From positions 232-64,231 of the forward strand of contig JAFUOV010000005.1 in NCBI GenBank assembly GCA_017481745.1: a DNA stretch of 64,000 bases, written 5' to 3'. A model generated the notes under the pieces. It made no database searches. It had not been told where the DNA came from and worked only from the letters and a program-made list of their open reading frames with translations. Position numbers and translations under genes: made by a program. This document shows, one piece after another, positions 34,896-43,257 of this stretch (positions are counted from its first letter, which is position 1; every line of letters starts with the position of its first letter). This DNA comes from Bacteroidaceae bacterium. GTDB lineage: Bacteria; Bacteroidota; Bacteroidia; Bacteroidales; Barnesiellaceae_A.

Positions 34896-36659
34896 ATGTA
34901 CAGGACTAAAACTTGTGGCGAATTGCGCTTGAGCGATGCCGGAACAACCGTAACCTTGTGCGGTTGGGTGCAACGTACTCGTAAAATGGGCGGTATGACA
35001 TTCGTCGACTTGCGCGACCGTTATGGTCTTACTCAGTTGGTATTCAACCAAGAGGTGAATGCCCCTTTGTGTGAACAAGCCAATAAACTCGGACGTGAAT
35101 ATGTGATACAAATTACCGGAGAAGTTGCCGAGCGTAGCAATAAAAACTCGCGCATGGAAACCGGCGAGATAGAGATTATCGTGAGCAATCTCAACGTGTT
35201 GAATGCCTCTATCGTGCCTCCGTTTACTATCGAAGACGAGACCGATGGTGGCGACGACTTGCGCATGCAATATCGTTACCTCGACTTGCGCCGTAATGCT
35301 GTTCGTCGCAATCTCGAGTTGCGCCACAAAATGGCTTTTGAGGTACGCCGTTACCTCGATGCACAGAACTTCCTCGAAGTGGAAACTCCTGTGCTGATAA
35401 AATCTACTCCCGAAGGTGCGCGCGACTTTGTTGTGCCTTCGCGCATGAATCCCGGTGAGTTCTACGCTTTGCCCCAATCGCCCCAAACACTCAAGCAGTT
35501 GCTCATGGTGTCGGGCTTCGACCGCTACTTCCAGATTGTGAAGTGCTTCCGCGACGAGGACTTGCGTGCCGACCGTCAACCCGAGTTTACTCAAATCGAC
35601 TGCGAGATGTCGTTTGTTGAGCAAGAAGATGTGCTCAATGTCTTTGAGGGTATGGCAAAACACTTGTTCAAATACATCAAAAATATAGACTTTACCGAGC
35701 CCTTCCCCCGTATGGCGTGGGCAGATGCCATGAAATACTATGGTAGCGACAAGCCCGATACCCGCTTCGAAATGAAGTTTGTTGAGTTGAAAGACCTTAC
35801 CGAGGGTAAGAACTTTGTGGTATTCGACAGCGTACCCTATGTAGGTGGTATCTGCTGTAAAGGTTGTGCGGGATATACTCGCAAGCAAATCGACGAGTTG
35901 ACCGACTTTGTGAAACGTCCCCAGATAGGTGCCAAAGGCTTGGTGTGGGTGCGCTACGACGAAGGTGGTAACTTCAAATCGTCGGTCGACAAGTTCTACA
36001 CTGCCGACGACTTGCGTGCTTGGGCTGAGCGCTTCAATGCCGAGCCCGGCGACTTGATGCTTATCCTTGCAGGCGACACAATGAAGACTCGCAAGGCTTT
36101 GTGCGAGTTGCGCCTCGAAATGGGTAGCCGCCTCGGATTGCGCGACAAGAATGTATATTCGCCCCTTTGGGTTATCGACTTCCCCCTCTTCGAGTGGGAC
36201 GACGAGACACAACGCTTCTATGCGATGCACCACCCCTTCACATCGCCCAAACCCGAGGATATTCACTTGCTCGAAAGCGATCCCGGTGCTGTTCGCGCCA
36301 ATGCCTACGATATGGTGGTGAATGGTGTTGAGCTGGGTGGCGGTTCTATCCGTATACACGACAGTAAGTTGCAAGATACAATGTTCAAGTTGCTCGGTTT
36401 CACACCCGAACAAGCGCAAGCACAATTTGGCTTCTTGATGAATGCCTTTAAGTATGGTGCACCTCCTCATGGCGGTTTGGCTTTTGGTCTCGACCGCTTT
36501 GTGTCAATCTTTGCAGGACTCGATTCTATTCGCGACTGTATTGCATTCCCCAAGAACAACTCGGGTCGCGACGTGATGATGGATGCGCCCTCGACCATTG
36601 CTCCCGAGCAATTGGAAGAGTTGTGCATAGATGTGTGTCTTAAAGAGGAACAAGCATAA
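34896..36659 (+). CDS. aspS: Aspartate--tRNA ligase
   Basis: Class II aaRS motifs ([34 protein letters not shown]), N-terminal OB fold. Confidence 0.97.
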   Translation: MYRTKTCGELRLSDAGTTVTLCGWVQRTRKMGGMTFVDLRDRYGLTQLVFNQEVNAPLCEQANKLGREYVIQITGEVAERSNKNSRMETGEIEIIVSNLNVLNASIVPPFTIEDETDGGDDLRMQYRYLDLRRNAVRRNLELRHKMAFEVRRYLDAQNFLEVETPVLIKSTPEGARDFVVPSRMNPGEFYALPQSPQTLKQLLMVSGFDRYFQIVKCFRDEDLRADRQPEFTQIDCEMSFVEQEDVLNVFEGMAKHLFKYIKNIDFTEPFPRMAWADAMKYYGSDKPDTRFEMKFVELKDLTEGKNFVVFDSVPYVGGICCKGCAGYTRKQIDELTDFVKRPQIGAKGLVWVRYDEGGNFKSSVDKFYTADDLRAWAERFNAEPGDLMLILAGDTMKTRKALCELRLEMGSRLGLRDKNVYSPLWVIDFPLFEWDDETQRFYAMHHPFTSPKPEDIHLLESDPGAVRANAYDMVVNGVELGGGSIRIHDSKLQDTMFKLLGFTPEQAQAQFGFLMNAFKYGAPPHGGLAFGLDRFVSIFAGLDSIRDCIAFPKNNSGRDVMMDAPSTIAPEQLEELCIDVCLKEEQA

Positions 36660-36663
36660 TCAT

Positions 36664-37755
36664 ATGCCCACCATACGCGACATAATTGCAGCGATAGAAG
36701 ATTTTGCCCCATTGGCACTGCAAGAGAGCTACGACAATGCCGGGCTGCAAGTAGGCGATGCCTCGCTTGCAGCTACCGGTGTGTTGCTCTGTGTAGATGT
36801 TACCGAGGCTGTTGTCGACGAGGCAATAGAGCGAGGATGCAACCTTATTGTGGCACATCACCCCTTGTTGTTCCGCCCTCTCAAGCGCATTACAGGCGGT
36901 AACTATATAGAGCGAGTGGTAATGAAAGCCTTGCGCAACGATGTCGCCATTTATGCTGCACATACCAACCTCGATGCAGTGGCAGTAAATCATCGTTGGG
37001 CGCAAATGTTGGCTCTCACCGATGTCGAGGTGTTGCAACCTACTGTCGATATGCTATATAAGTTGGTTGTATATGTGCCCGAAGCTCACACCGATGCTGT
37101 GCGCCAAGCACTCTTTGATGCAGGCGCCGGCAATATAGGTAATTACGATAGTTGCAGCTATGTTGCTCAAGGAGTAGGCACATTCTGCGCAGGAGAGAAT
37201 ACGCAACCCTATTGTGGTGAGAGAGGCGAGTTGCATCATGAGCCCGAGAGTAGGGTAGAGGTGGTTTTACCACGCTATCTCAAGAGTCGCGTTGTGCGCG
37301 CCTTGTTGGCAGTACACCCCTATGAAGAGCCCGCCTACGACCTCATACCCATAGCCAACGACTATACACGTGCCGGTATGGGAGTAGTGGGTAACTTGCC
37401 ACATCCGGTAGATGCATTAGAGCTGTTGCAACACGTAAAAGAGCAGTTGCATTGTGGCGCTATCCGTCATAATGCCACATCGGGCAAGATGGTACAACGT
37501 GTAGCATTGTGTGGTGGCTCGGGTAGCTCGCTCATAGGCAATGCGATGGCAGCCGGTGCCGATATCTTCATTACAGGCGAGATAGGTTATCATCAATTCT
37601 TCGGTTACGAAGGTCGTCTTATAATGGCTGAAACCGGTCATTATGAGAGCGAGCAGCACACAAAAGAAATTTTTTACGAGGTTATTACAAAAAAATTCCC
37701 TAACTTTGCGCCCTACTACGCAAAAGTAGAAACAAATCCGATAAAATATCTGTAA
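36664..37755 (+). CDS. Nif3-like dinuclear metal centre protein
   Basis: NIF3 signature (WDNAGLQVG-type YDNAGLQVGD, VAHHPLLF, TGEIGYH); start at MPTIRDI. Confidence 0.85.
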   Translation: MPTIRDIIAAIEDFAPLALQESYDNAGLQVGDASLAATGVLLCVDVTEAVVDEAIERGCNLIVAHHPLLFRPLKRITGGNYIERVVMKALRNDVAIYAAHTNLDAVAVNHRWAQMLALTDVEVLQPTVDMLYKLVVYVPEAHTDAVRQALFDAGAGNIGNYDSCSYVAQGVGTFCAGENTQPYCGERGELHHEPESRVEVVLPRYLKSRVVRALLAVHPYEEPAYDLIPIANDYTRAGMGVVGNLPHPVDALELLQHVKEQLHCGAIRHNATSGKMVQRVALCGGSGSSLIGNAMAAGADIFITGEIGYHQFFGYEGRLIMAETGHYESEQHTKEIFYEVITKKFPNFAPYYAKVETNPIKYL

Positions 37756-37758
37756 GCG

Positions 37759-38517
37759 ATGGCAGAAAAGACAAAAGAAAAAGAGTACACCGTAGAGGAA
37801 AAACTCAAATCACTCTACGAATTGCAAACATTACATTCGGACATCGACCGCATTAAAACCCTTCGTGGTGAGTTGCCCCTTGAGGTAGAAGACCTTGAGG
37901 CTGAAGTAACTGGTCTGCAAACACGTATCGAAAAATTTCAAGAGGCTATCAGCGCAAGCCGCAAAGATATCACCTCTTACAATGAAGAGATACACGTAGC
38001 GCACAACAAAATAGAGCGTTATAAAGCTCAACTCGACGAGGTGCGTAACAACCACGAGTTTGACAAGTTGAACAAGGAGATTGAGTTCCAAGACCTCTCT
38101 ATCCAAGCGCTCGAAAAGAAAATACGCGAAGCTAACAACATCATCAACCGTCGCAACGACGAGTTGGAGCAATGCCGCGAAAACCTCGAAGACCGTTCGA
38201 AACTCCTCGAAGAGAAGAAATCGGAGCTGGAAGGTATTGTAGCCGAGACCAAGCAAGAAGAGGAAAAGATACGTGAGCAAGTGAAAAAGCTCGAAGAGAA
38301 CATCGAGCCTCGTTTGTTGCAAGCCTTCAAGCGCATCCGCAAGAATGCACGCAACGGTTTGGCTGTAGTTTACATCCAACGCGATGCATGTGGTGGTTGC
38401 TTCAACCGTATACCGCCCCAACGTCAGCTCGACATCAAGATGCACAAGAAAATCATCGTATGCGAATATTGCGGTCGCATCATGGTTGATCCCGAGCTTG
38501 CCGGTGTAGTAGAATAA
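37759..38517 (+). CDS. Coiled-coil protein with C-terminal C4 zinc ribbon (COG1579/DUF164-like)
   Basis: Long heptad-rich helix plus CGGC...CEYCGR zinc ribbon; the pairing with the nif3-like gene is conserved. Confidence 0.7.
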   Translation: MAEKTKEKEYTVEEKLKSLYELQTLHSDIDRIKTLRGELPLEVEDLEAEVTGLQTRIEKFQEAISASRKDITSYNEEIHVAHNKIERYKAQLDEVRNNHEFDKLNKEIEFQDLSIQALEKKIREANNIINRRNDELEQCRENLEDRSKLLEEKKSELEGIVAETKQEEEKIREQVKKLEENIEPRLLQAFKRIRKNARNGLAVVYIQRDACGGCFNRIPPQRQLDIKMHKKIIVCEYCGRIMVDPELAGVVE

Positions 38518-38630
38518 CCGATAACAGGTAAGCGAGCATCGAAAACGTCTGCGACGTTGTGAAATATACGAGATAGGTCTTTGTTGTACCATTGCGCAGA
38601 GGCTTATTCTCGATGCAAGTCAGGAAACAT

Positions 38631-38638
38631 TACTTTTG
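38631..38638 (+). promoter_or_regulatory. -7 promoter box TACTTTTG immediately upstream of the 38645 palindrome
   Basis: Exact TAnnTTTG match 142 nt upstream of the portal-like ATG. Confidence 0.35.
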
Positions 38639-38644
38639 ATATAG

Positions 38645-38684
38645 GAGGGTGTGCCAAAATTTTGGCACACCCTCTTTGTGTTTG
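38645..38684 (+). terminator. Perfect 30-nt palindrome + T-rich tract: terminator of the nif3 operon and/or leader attenuator of the portal-like gene
   Basis: GAGGGTGTGCCAAAA/TTTTGGCACACCCTC followed by TTTGTGTTTG. Confidence 0.7.
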
Positions 38685-38779
38685 TCAATTATATCACGCT
38701 TCAAATTCTCTCTATCGCAGTGAGTCGCTGTGCTGTGGCGGTTACTTTGTGGTCGAAAAATTACTTTAAATTATCGACT

Positions 38780-40702
38780 ATGGATTTTATTGATTATCGC
38801 ACATTCAATCGTAAACGGCTCATGCCTACATCCGATATAAAGGATATGGGCGAAGCAGCTCCCTTTGGCAAGCAAGATAGCGAGGTGCTGCATGAGGCAT
38901 ACTCGGCATGGGAGGCGTTATCTCATTATCGGTCGCAGCGTACACGCAATCGCAACTATACATTTGGCAGGCAGTGGTGCGATCCCGTAAAGCTACCCGA
39001 TGGGCGTGTTGTTACCGAGGAGCATTATCTGCACGAGCAGGGAAAAGTACCTCTCAAAAACAACCTGATACGACAACTTGTCAAGAGCGTACTCGGGCAG
39101 TTTCGCAGTGCGCAGACCGAGCCTGTTTGTGTGGCTCGTGAACGTAACGAGCAGCTTTTGGGCGAACTGATGAGTGCTGTCATGCAATATGTCTATCAGC
39201 ACAACAAGATGTACGAGTTGGATAGTCGTACGCTCGAGGAGTTCCTCATCTCGGGTTCATGCTTTCATAAGATAGGTTATAGCACTCGCCGCGGCAAGAC
39301 CGATGTGTGGGTCGATACCGTACAACCTTCGCGCATCTTCTTCAATAATATTGAGGATTGCCGACTGTGGGATTGCACCATGATAGGCGAGCTACACGAT
39401 ATGAAACTTGCCGACCTTATAGCTCGTTTCTGCAAGGGCGATGAGGCAAAGGCGCGTATATTGCACGATATGTATGGTGATGTTACCGAGGAGAATATCT
39501 TCAACGAGCACGACTTCCTAAACGGTCGCCGAAACGATACTCTCGACTTTTATATGCCCGCATCGTCCGATTGTTGTCGTGTGATAGAGGTGTGGCGATT
39601 GGAGTCGCGCGAGCGTTTGCGTTGCCACGATACCTTGTCGGGCGAGTATTATAAGATAGAAACCGCCGAGAAAGCGGCTATTGACAAGGAGAACAAAGAG
39701 CGTATATCGCAAGCCAAGAAACAAGGGATAGATGCAGCCCAAGTGCCATTGATAGAGTGTGAGTGGTTTATCGACCATTTTTGGTACTATCGTTTCTTCT
39801 CGCCGCTGGGGCATATTCTCGATGAGGGCGAAACACCCTATTGGCATGGCGAGCATCCATATAGCTTCCGTCTTTACCCCTTGCTCGATGGCGAGGTACA
39901 CTCGTTTGTAGAGGATGTGATAGACCAACAACGCTATGTCAACCGCCTTATCACGATGATAGATTTTATCATGGGCAGTAGTGCCAAGGGTGTTTTGCTC
40001 TTCCCCGAAGACCAAATCCCCGACGGTATGACACTCGAAGATATTGCCTCCGAGTGGACTCGATACAATGGCGTGATACTCTTCCGTCCCAAGCCCGGCA
40101 GCACCATGCCGCAGCAGATTTCGGTCAACGCCACCAATGTGGGCGCGTATGAGTTATTGTCGTTGCAGATGCGTTTGCTTGAAGATATTTCGGGTGTACA
40201 TAGTGCCATGCAGGGCAAGCCTGTTGCAAGCGGTACGCCATCGTCGCTCTATGCGCAGCAAGTACAATATTCGGCTACCAATCTGCTCGATATCTTCGAG
40301 TCGTTCAAGACCTTTAGAGAGGAGCGCGACAACAAGATACTCAAGACCATTCGTCAGTTCTACACCGAGCAACGATATATACAGATTGCCGGTGAAGATA
40401 GTGCTGCATTAGCAGAGATTACGCCCGAGCAGGTACAATACTCCGAGGTCGACATCATTATCAGCGAGTCGGCAGCAGCTCCGGCATTCCGCCAATCGTC
40501 CAACGAATTGTTGCTCGCCCTTTTCCGCAGCGGGCATATTACGTTGCAAACGCTGTTGCAAACAGGCTCGTTCCCCTTTGCCGACAAGTTGTTGCAACGG
40601 ATTGATGCCGAGCAGCAAGAGCTCGAGCAGAAAACTCAAGAACAGATGCAGCAATTACAGCAACTGCAACAGTTACAAAAGTCGGCATCACCAAAAGATT
40701 GA
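38780..40702 (+). CDS. Phage portal-like protein (P22/podovirus-type), orphan
   Basis: 640 aa. By-memory resemblance to P22-type portals: N-terminal NYTFGRQW motif, NNLIRQLVKSV..P helix, central LLFPEDQIP motif, Gln-rich C-terminal helix EQQELEQKTQEQMQQLQQLQQLQ. Not a computed alignment. Confidence 0.55.
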   Translation: MDFIDYRTFNRKRLMPTSDIKDMGEAAPFGKQDSEVLHEAYSAWEALSHYRSQRTRNRNYTFGRQWCDPVKLPDGRVVTEEHYLHEQGKVPLKNNLIRQLVKSVLGQFRSAQTEPVCVARERNEQLLGELMSAVMQYVYQHNKMYELDSRTLEEFLISGSCFHKIGYSTRRGKTDVWVDTVQPSRIFFNNIEDCRLWDCTMIGELHDMKLADLIARFCKGDEAKARILHDMYGDVTEENIFNEHDFLNGRRNDTLDFYMPASSDCCRVIEVWRLESRERLRCHDTLSGEYYKIETAEKAAIDKENKERISQAKKQGIDAAQVPLIECEWFIDHFWYYRFFSPLGHILDEGETPYWHGEHPYSFRLYPLLDGEVHSFVEDVIDQQRYVNRLITMIDFIMGSSAKGVLLFPEDQIPDGMTLEDIASEWTRYNGVILFRPKPGSTMPQQISVNATNVGAYELLSLQMRLLEDISGVHSAMQGKPVASGTPSSLYAQQVQYSATNLLDIFESFKTFREERDNKILKTIRQFYTEQRYIQIAGEDSAALAEITPEQVQYSEVDIIISESAAAPAFRQSSNELLLALFRSGHITLQTLLQTGSFPFADKLLQRIDAEQQELEQKTQEQMQQLQQLQQLQKSASPKD

Positions 40703-40724
40703 ATACTTGCCGCCCCGTCGTTTG

Positions 40725-40760
40725 AGAGTAGAAAATCCGACCTGATTTTCTACTCTTTTT
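40725..40760 (+). terminator. Intrinsic terminator after the portal-like gene
   Basis: 12-bp stem AGAGTAGAAAAT/ATTTTCTACTCT followed by TTTTT. Confidence 0.8.
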
Positions 40761-40841
40761 GCACTTGTTATAGGAGTTCTTGCAGTATGGTTTATTCTGT
40801 ATTATCGCTCTCTTTTGTTTTGATATATCGCAATTCTTTAT

Positions 40842-40849
40842 TATTTTTG
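40842..40849 (+). promoter_or_regulatory. -7 promoter box TATTTTTG upstream of the DUF1460-like gene
   Basis: Exact TAnnTTTG match 35 nt upstream of the ATG. Confidence 0.45.
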
Positions 40850-40883
40850 TTCCCATTGTTATAATCATTTGTAAAATATTAAT

Positions 40884-41756
40884 ATGAATATGAAGAGATT
40901 GACATTCAGCGCCGTAGTGCTTGTAATGGTTGTTTGCAATGCTTTGGCTGCTACTCCCGATAGCGTGCGCTATCACCATTACGATACCGATACTGCAACG
41001 GTAAATAATATATTGGAAAAAACTCGCGCTGCCAACCTTGCAACACCTGCCGAGCGCGTAGTCTTTATAGCCAAGCAATTTGTGGGTACTCCCTATAAAG
41101 CAGCAACCCTCGAGTACGATGAAGAGTTGCTTACGGTCAATCTTTCGCAAATGGATTGTACCACATTGGTCGAGAATGTTATAGCACTTGCCGGCACAGC
41201 GGCTGTAGATACTGCCACATTTGATGATTTTGTTGCCAAGCTGCAAAACATACGTTATCGTAATGGTGTTGTAGATGGATATGCTTCACGTTTGCACTAC
41301 TCGAGCGATTGGGTTGCCGATAACGTAAAACGCGGCAATCTTGTAGAAGCAACCGGTAAATTCCCGGCGGCTGTAAAGCAGTCGAAACGACTTGATTATA
41401 TTTCGACTCATAGTCGCGATTATCAAGCCTTGCGCGAAGATACCGCTGCATGCCAACAAATCAAAGATATCGAGAAGCAATACAACCCTTTCCTTTTCTC
41501 GTATGTCCCCAAAAATATGATTGCTGCGCCTGCCGTACAGAAAAACCTCAAGGATGGCGACATACTGCTCATTACCACCTCGACAAAGGGTCTCGATGTG
41601 ATGCACATGGGCATTGTGGTTTTTAAAAGCAGTAAGCCATTTTTGCTGCACGCTACGACAAAAGGCAATGTTGTTAAGGTTGACTCGCAACCGCTGGCTA
41701 TGTACCTTTCGTCGCTCAAGTCGGCAACCGGTATTCGTGTTGTGAGAGTGTTGTAA
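40884..41756 (+). CDS. Secreted DUF1460-like protein (N-acetylmuramoyl-L-alanine amidase-like fold)
   Basis: Signal peptide; FVGTPYKAATLE...MDCTTLVENV motif remembered from DUF1460. Confidence 0.55.
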   Translation: MNMKRLTFSAVVLVMVVCNALAATPDSVRYHHYDTDTATVNNILEKTRAANLATPAERVVFIAKQFVGTPYKAATLEYDEELLTVNLSQMDCTTLVENVIALAGTAAVDTATFDDFVAKLQNIRYRNGVVDGYASRLHYSSDWVADNVKRGNLVEATGKFPAAVKQSKRLDYISTHSRDYQALREDTAACQQIKDIEKQYNPFLFSYVPKNMIAAPAVQKNLKDGDILLITTSTKGLDVMHMGIVVFKSSKPFLLHATTKGNVVKVDSQPLAMYLSSLKSATGIRVVRVL

Positions 41757-41840
41757 GACCTTTTCGATATACTTTTTCGAGTCGCCACACATCAACCGCA
41801 TATAGATAATATGTAGTATAACAATTTTAATCTTGACAAG

Positions 41841-43205
41841 ATGTATTCCGATTTACTGAAACGTCAACGTCTGTTTTACACAGAGCACATCACACGCGAA
41901 TTGCCTTATCGCCTCACTGCATTAGACCGCTTGCGAGAGGGGATAAAAGACCATGAGCAAGAGCTTTCCGATGCCCTGTATAACGACTTGGGTAAGTCGG
42001 CTTTTGAGAGTTATGCTACCGAGATAGGCATCCTGCTCAGCGAAATAAGTTATGTGCAAAGCAACTTGCGCCGTTGGGCTGCCGACCGTTGGGCGTTTAC
42101 GCCACTTACGCTCTTTGGCTCAAGCAGTCGAGTGCATTACGAGCCTCGTGGTGTAGTGCTTATTATTGCTCCTTGGAACTATCCTTTGCAACTTGCATTG
42201 TCGCCTCTTATTGGTGCTATTGCTGCCGGAAACTGTGCCGTAGTGAAGCCTTCGGCAAGTGCTCCGCATACTGCGGCTGTCATTAAGAAAATCATCGAGG
42301 AGTGTTTTGAGGACGAATATATTGCCGTAGTTTCGCCCGGAAAATCTGTTAACGAGGAGCTGCTCAAACTGCACTGGGACTATATCTTCTATACAGGAAG
42401 CGAAGTACATGGAAAGTATGTATTGGAAGCTGCCGCCCGACATCTCACGCCCGTTACACTCGAACTTGGTGGCAAGTCGCCTTGCATAGTCGATAAAGAT
42501 GCCGATTTGCGCACAGCAGCTCGGCGCATTGTGTGGGGAAAATTGGTCAATTGTGGGCAGACGTGTGTCGCTCCCGATTACCTCTTCTTGCACAATGATG
42601 TGAGAGATAGATTTATAGAACTGCTCAAGCAAGAGGTTACCCGACAGTATGGTGAAGATCCCAGGCTGAGCCCCGACTATCCGCGCATTGTCAATCAAAA
42701 ACATTTCGACCGTCTGACGGCTATGTTGTCCGACGGTACGGTGTTGCTGGGTGGAACAACCGACAGAGAGCAACGTTATATAGCACCAACGCTTATAACC
42801 GATGTGCGCCCCGATTCGCGATTGCTCACCGACGAAATTTTTGGTCCTATATTGCCCATTATACCCTTTGACGACGTAGACGATTGTGTAGAGTATATCA
42901 ACAATCGCCCCACACCATTGGCACTCTATTACTTTTCGCAAAGTAAAAAGCAAGCACGATACATCATCAATCACACCGAGTCGGGTGGGGTGTGTATCAA
43001 CGATACGGTAGCACACGTTGCCAACAACCGATTGCCCTTTGGTGGAGTAGGAGCAAGTGGCATGGGACGTTATCATGGCAAGTATAGTTTCGAGACATTC
43101 AGTCATGCCAAGGCGGTGTTGAAAACTACCACACGTATGTACTTGGATATCAAGTGTGCTCCTTATCTCGACAAACTCAAGTGGGTGAAGAAAGTGCTCA
43201 AGTGA
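41841..43205 (+). CDS. NAD(P)-dependent aldehyde dehydrogenase (ALDH3-like)
   Basis: ELGGKSP and GQTCVAPDY catalytic motifs, 454 aa. Confidence 0.88.
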   Translation: MYSDLLKRQRLFYTEHITRELPYRLTALDRLREGIKDHEQELSDALYNDLGKSAFESYATEIGILLSEISYVQSNLRRWAADRWAFTPLTLFGSSSRVHYEPRGVVLIIAPWNYPLQLALSPLIGAIAAGNCAVVKPSASAPHTAAVIKKIIEECFEDEYIAVVSPGKSVNEELLKLHWDYIFYTGSEVHGKYVLEAAARHLTPVTLELGGKSPCIVDKDADLRTAARRIVWGKLVNCGQTCVAPDYLFLHNDVRDRFIELLKQEVTRQYGEDPRLSPDYPRIVNQKHFDRLTAMLSDGTVLLGGTTDREQRYIAPTLITDVRPDSRLLTDEIFGPILPIIPFDDVDDCVEYINNRPTPLALYYFSQSKKQARYIINHTESGGVCINDTVAHVANNRLPFGGVGASGMGRYHGKYSFETFSHAKAVLKTTTRMYLDIKCAPYLDKLKWVKKVLK

Positions 43206-43257
43206 GTCTTGTTGCAAAGCATTAATTTTATTGTGTAAGTTATAATTAATATATATA

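Noticed and set aside
34680-36470. 596-aa ORF antisense to aspS
   Set aside because: It lies entirely within, and opposite to, an unmistakable aspS. The translation is low-complexity and His/Val/Leu-rich with no family resemblance. Long antisense frames are a common codon-bias artefact.
38651-38779. Upstream GTG start of the portal-like ORF
   Set aside because: It begins inside the 30-nt palindromic terminator. The hydrophobic extension has no counterpart in portal proteins, and the ATG at 38780 gives a sensible N-terminus.
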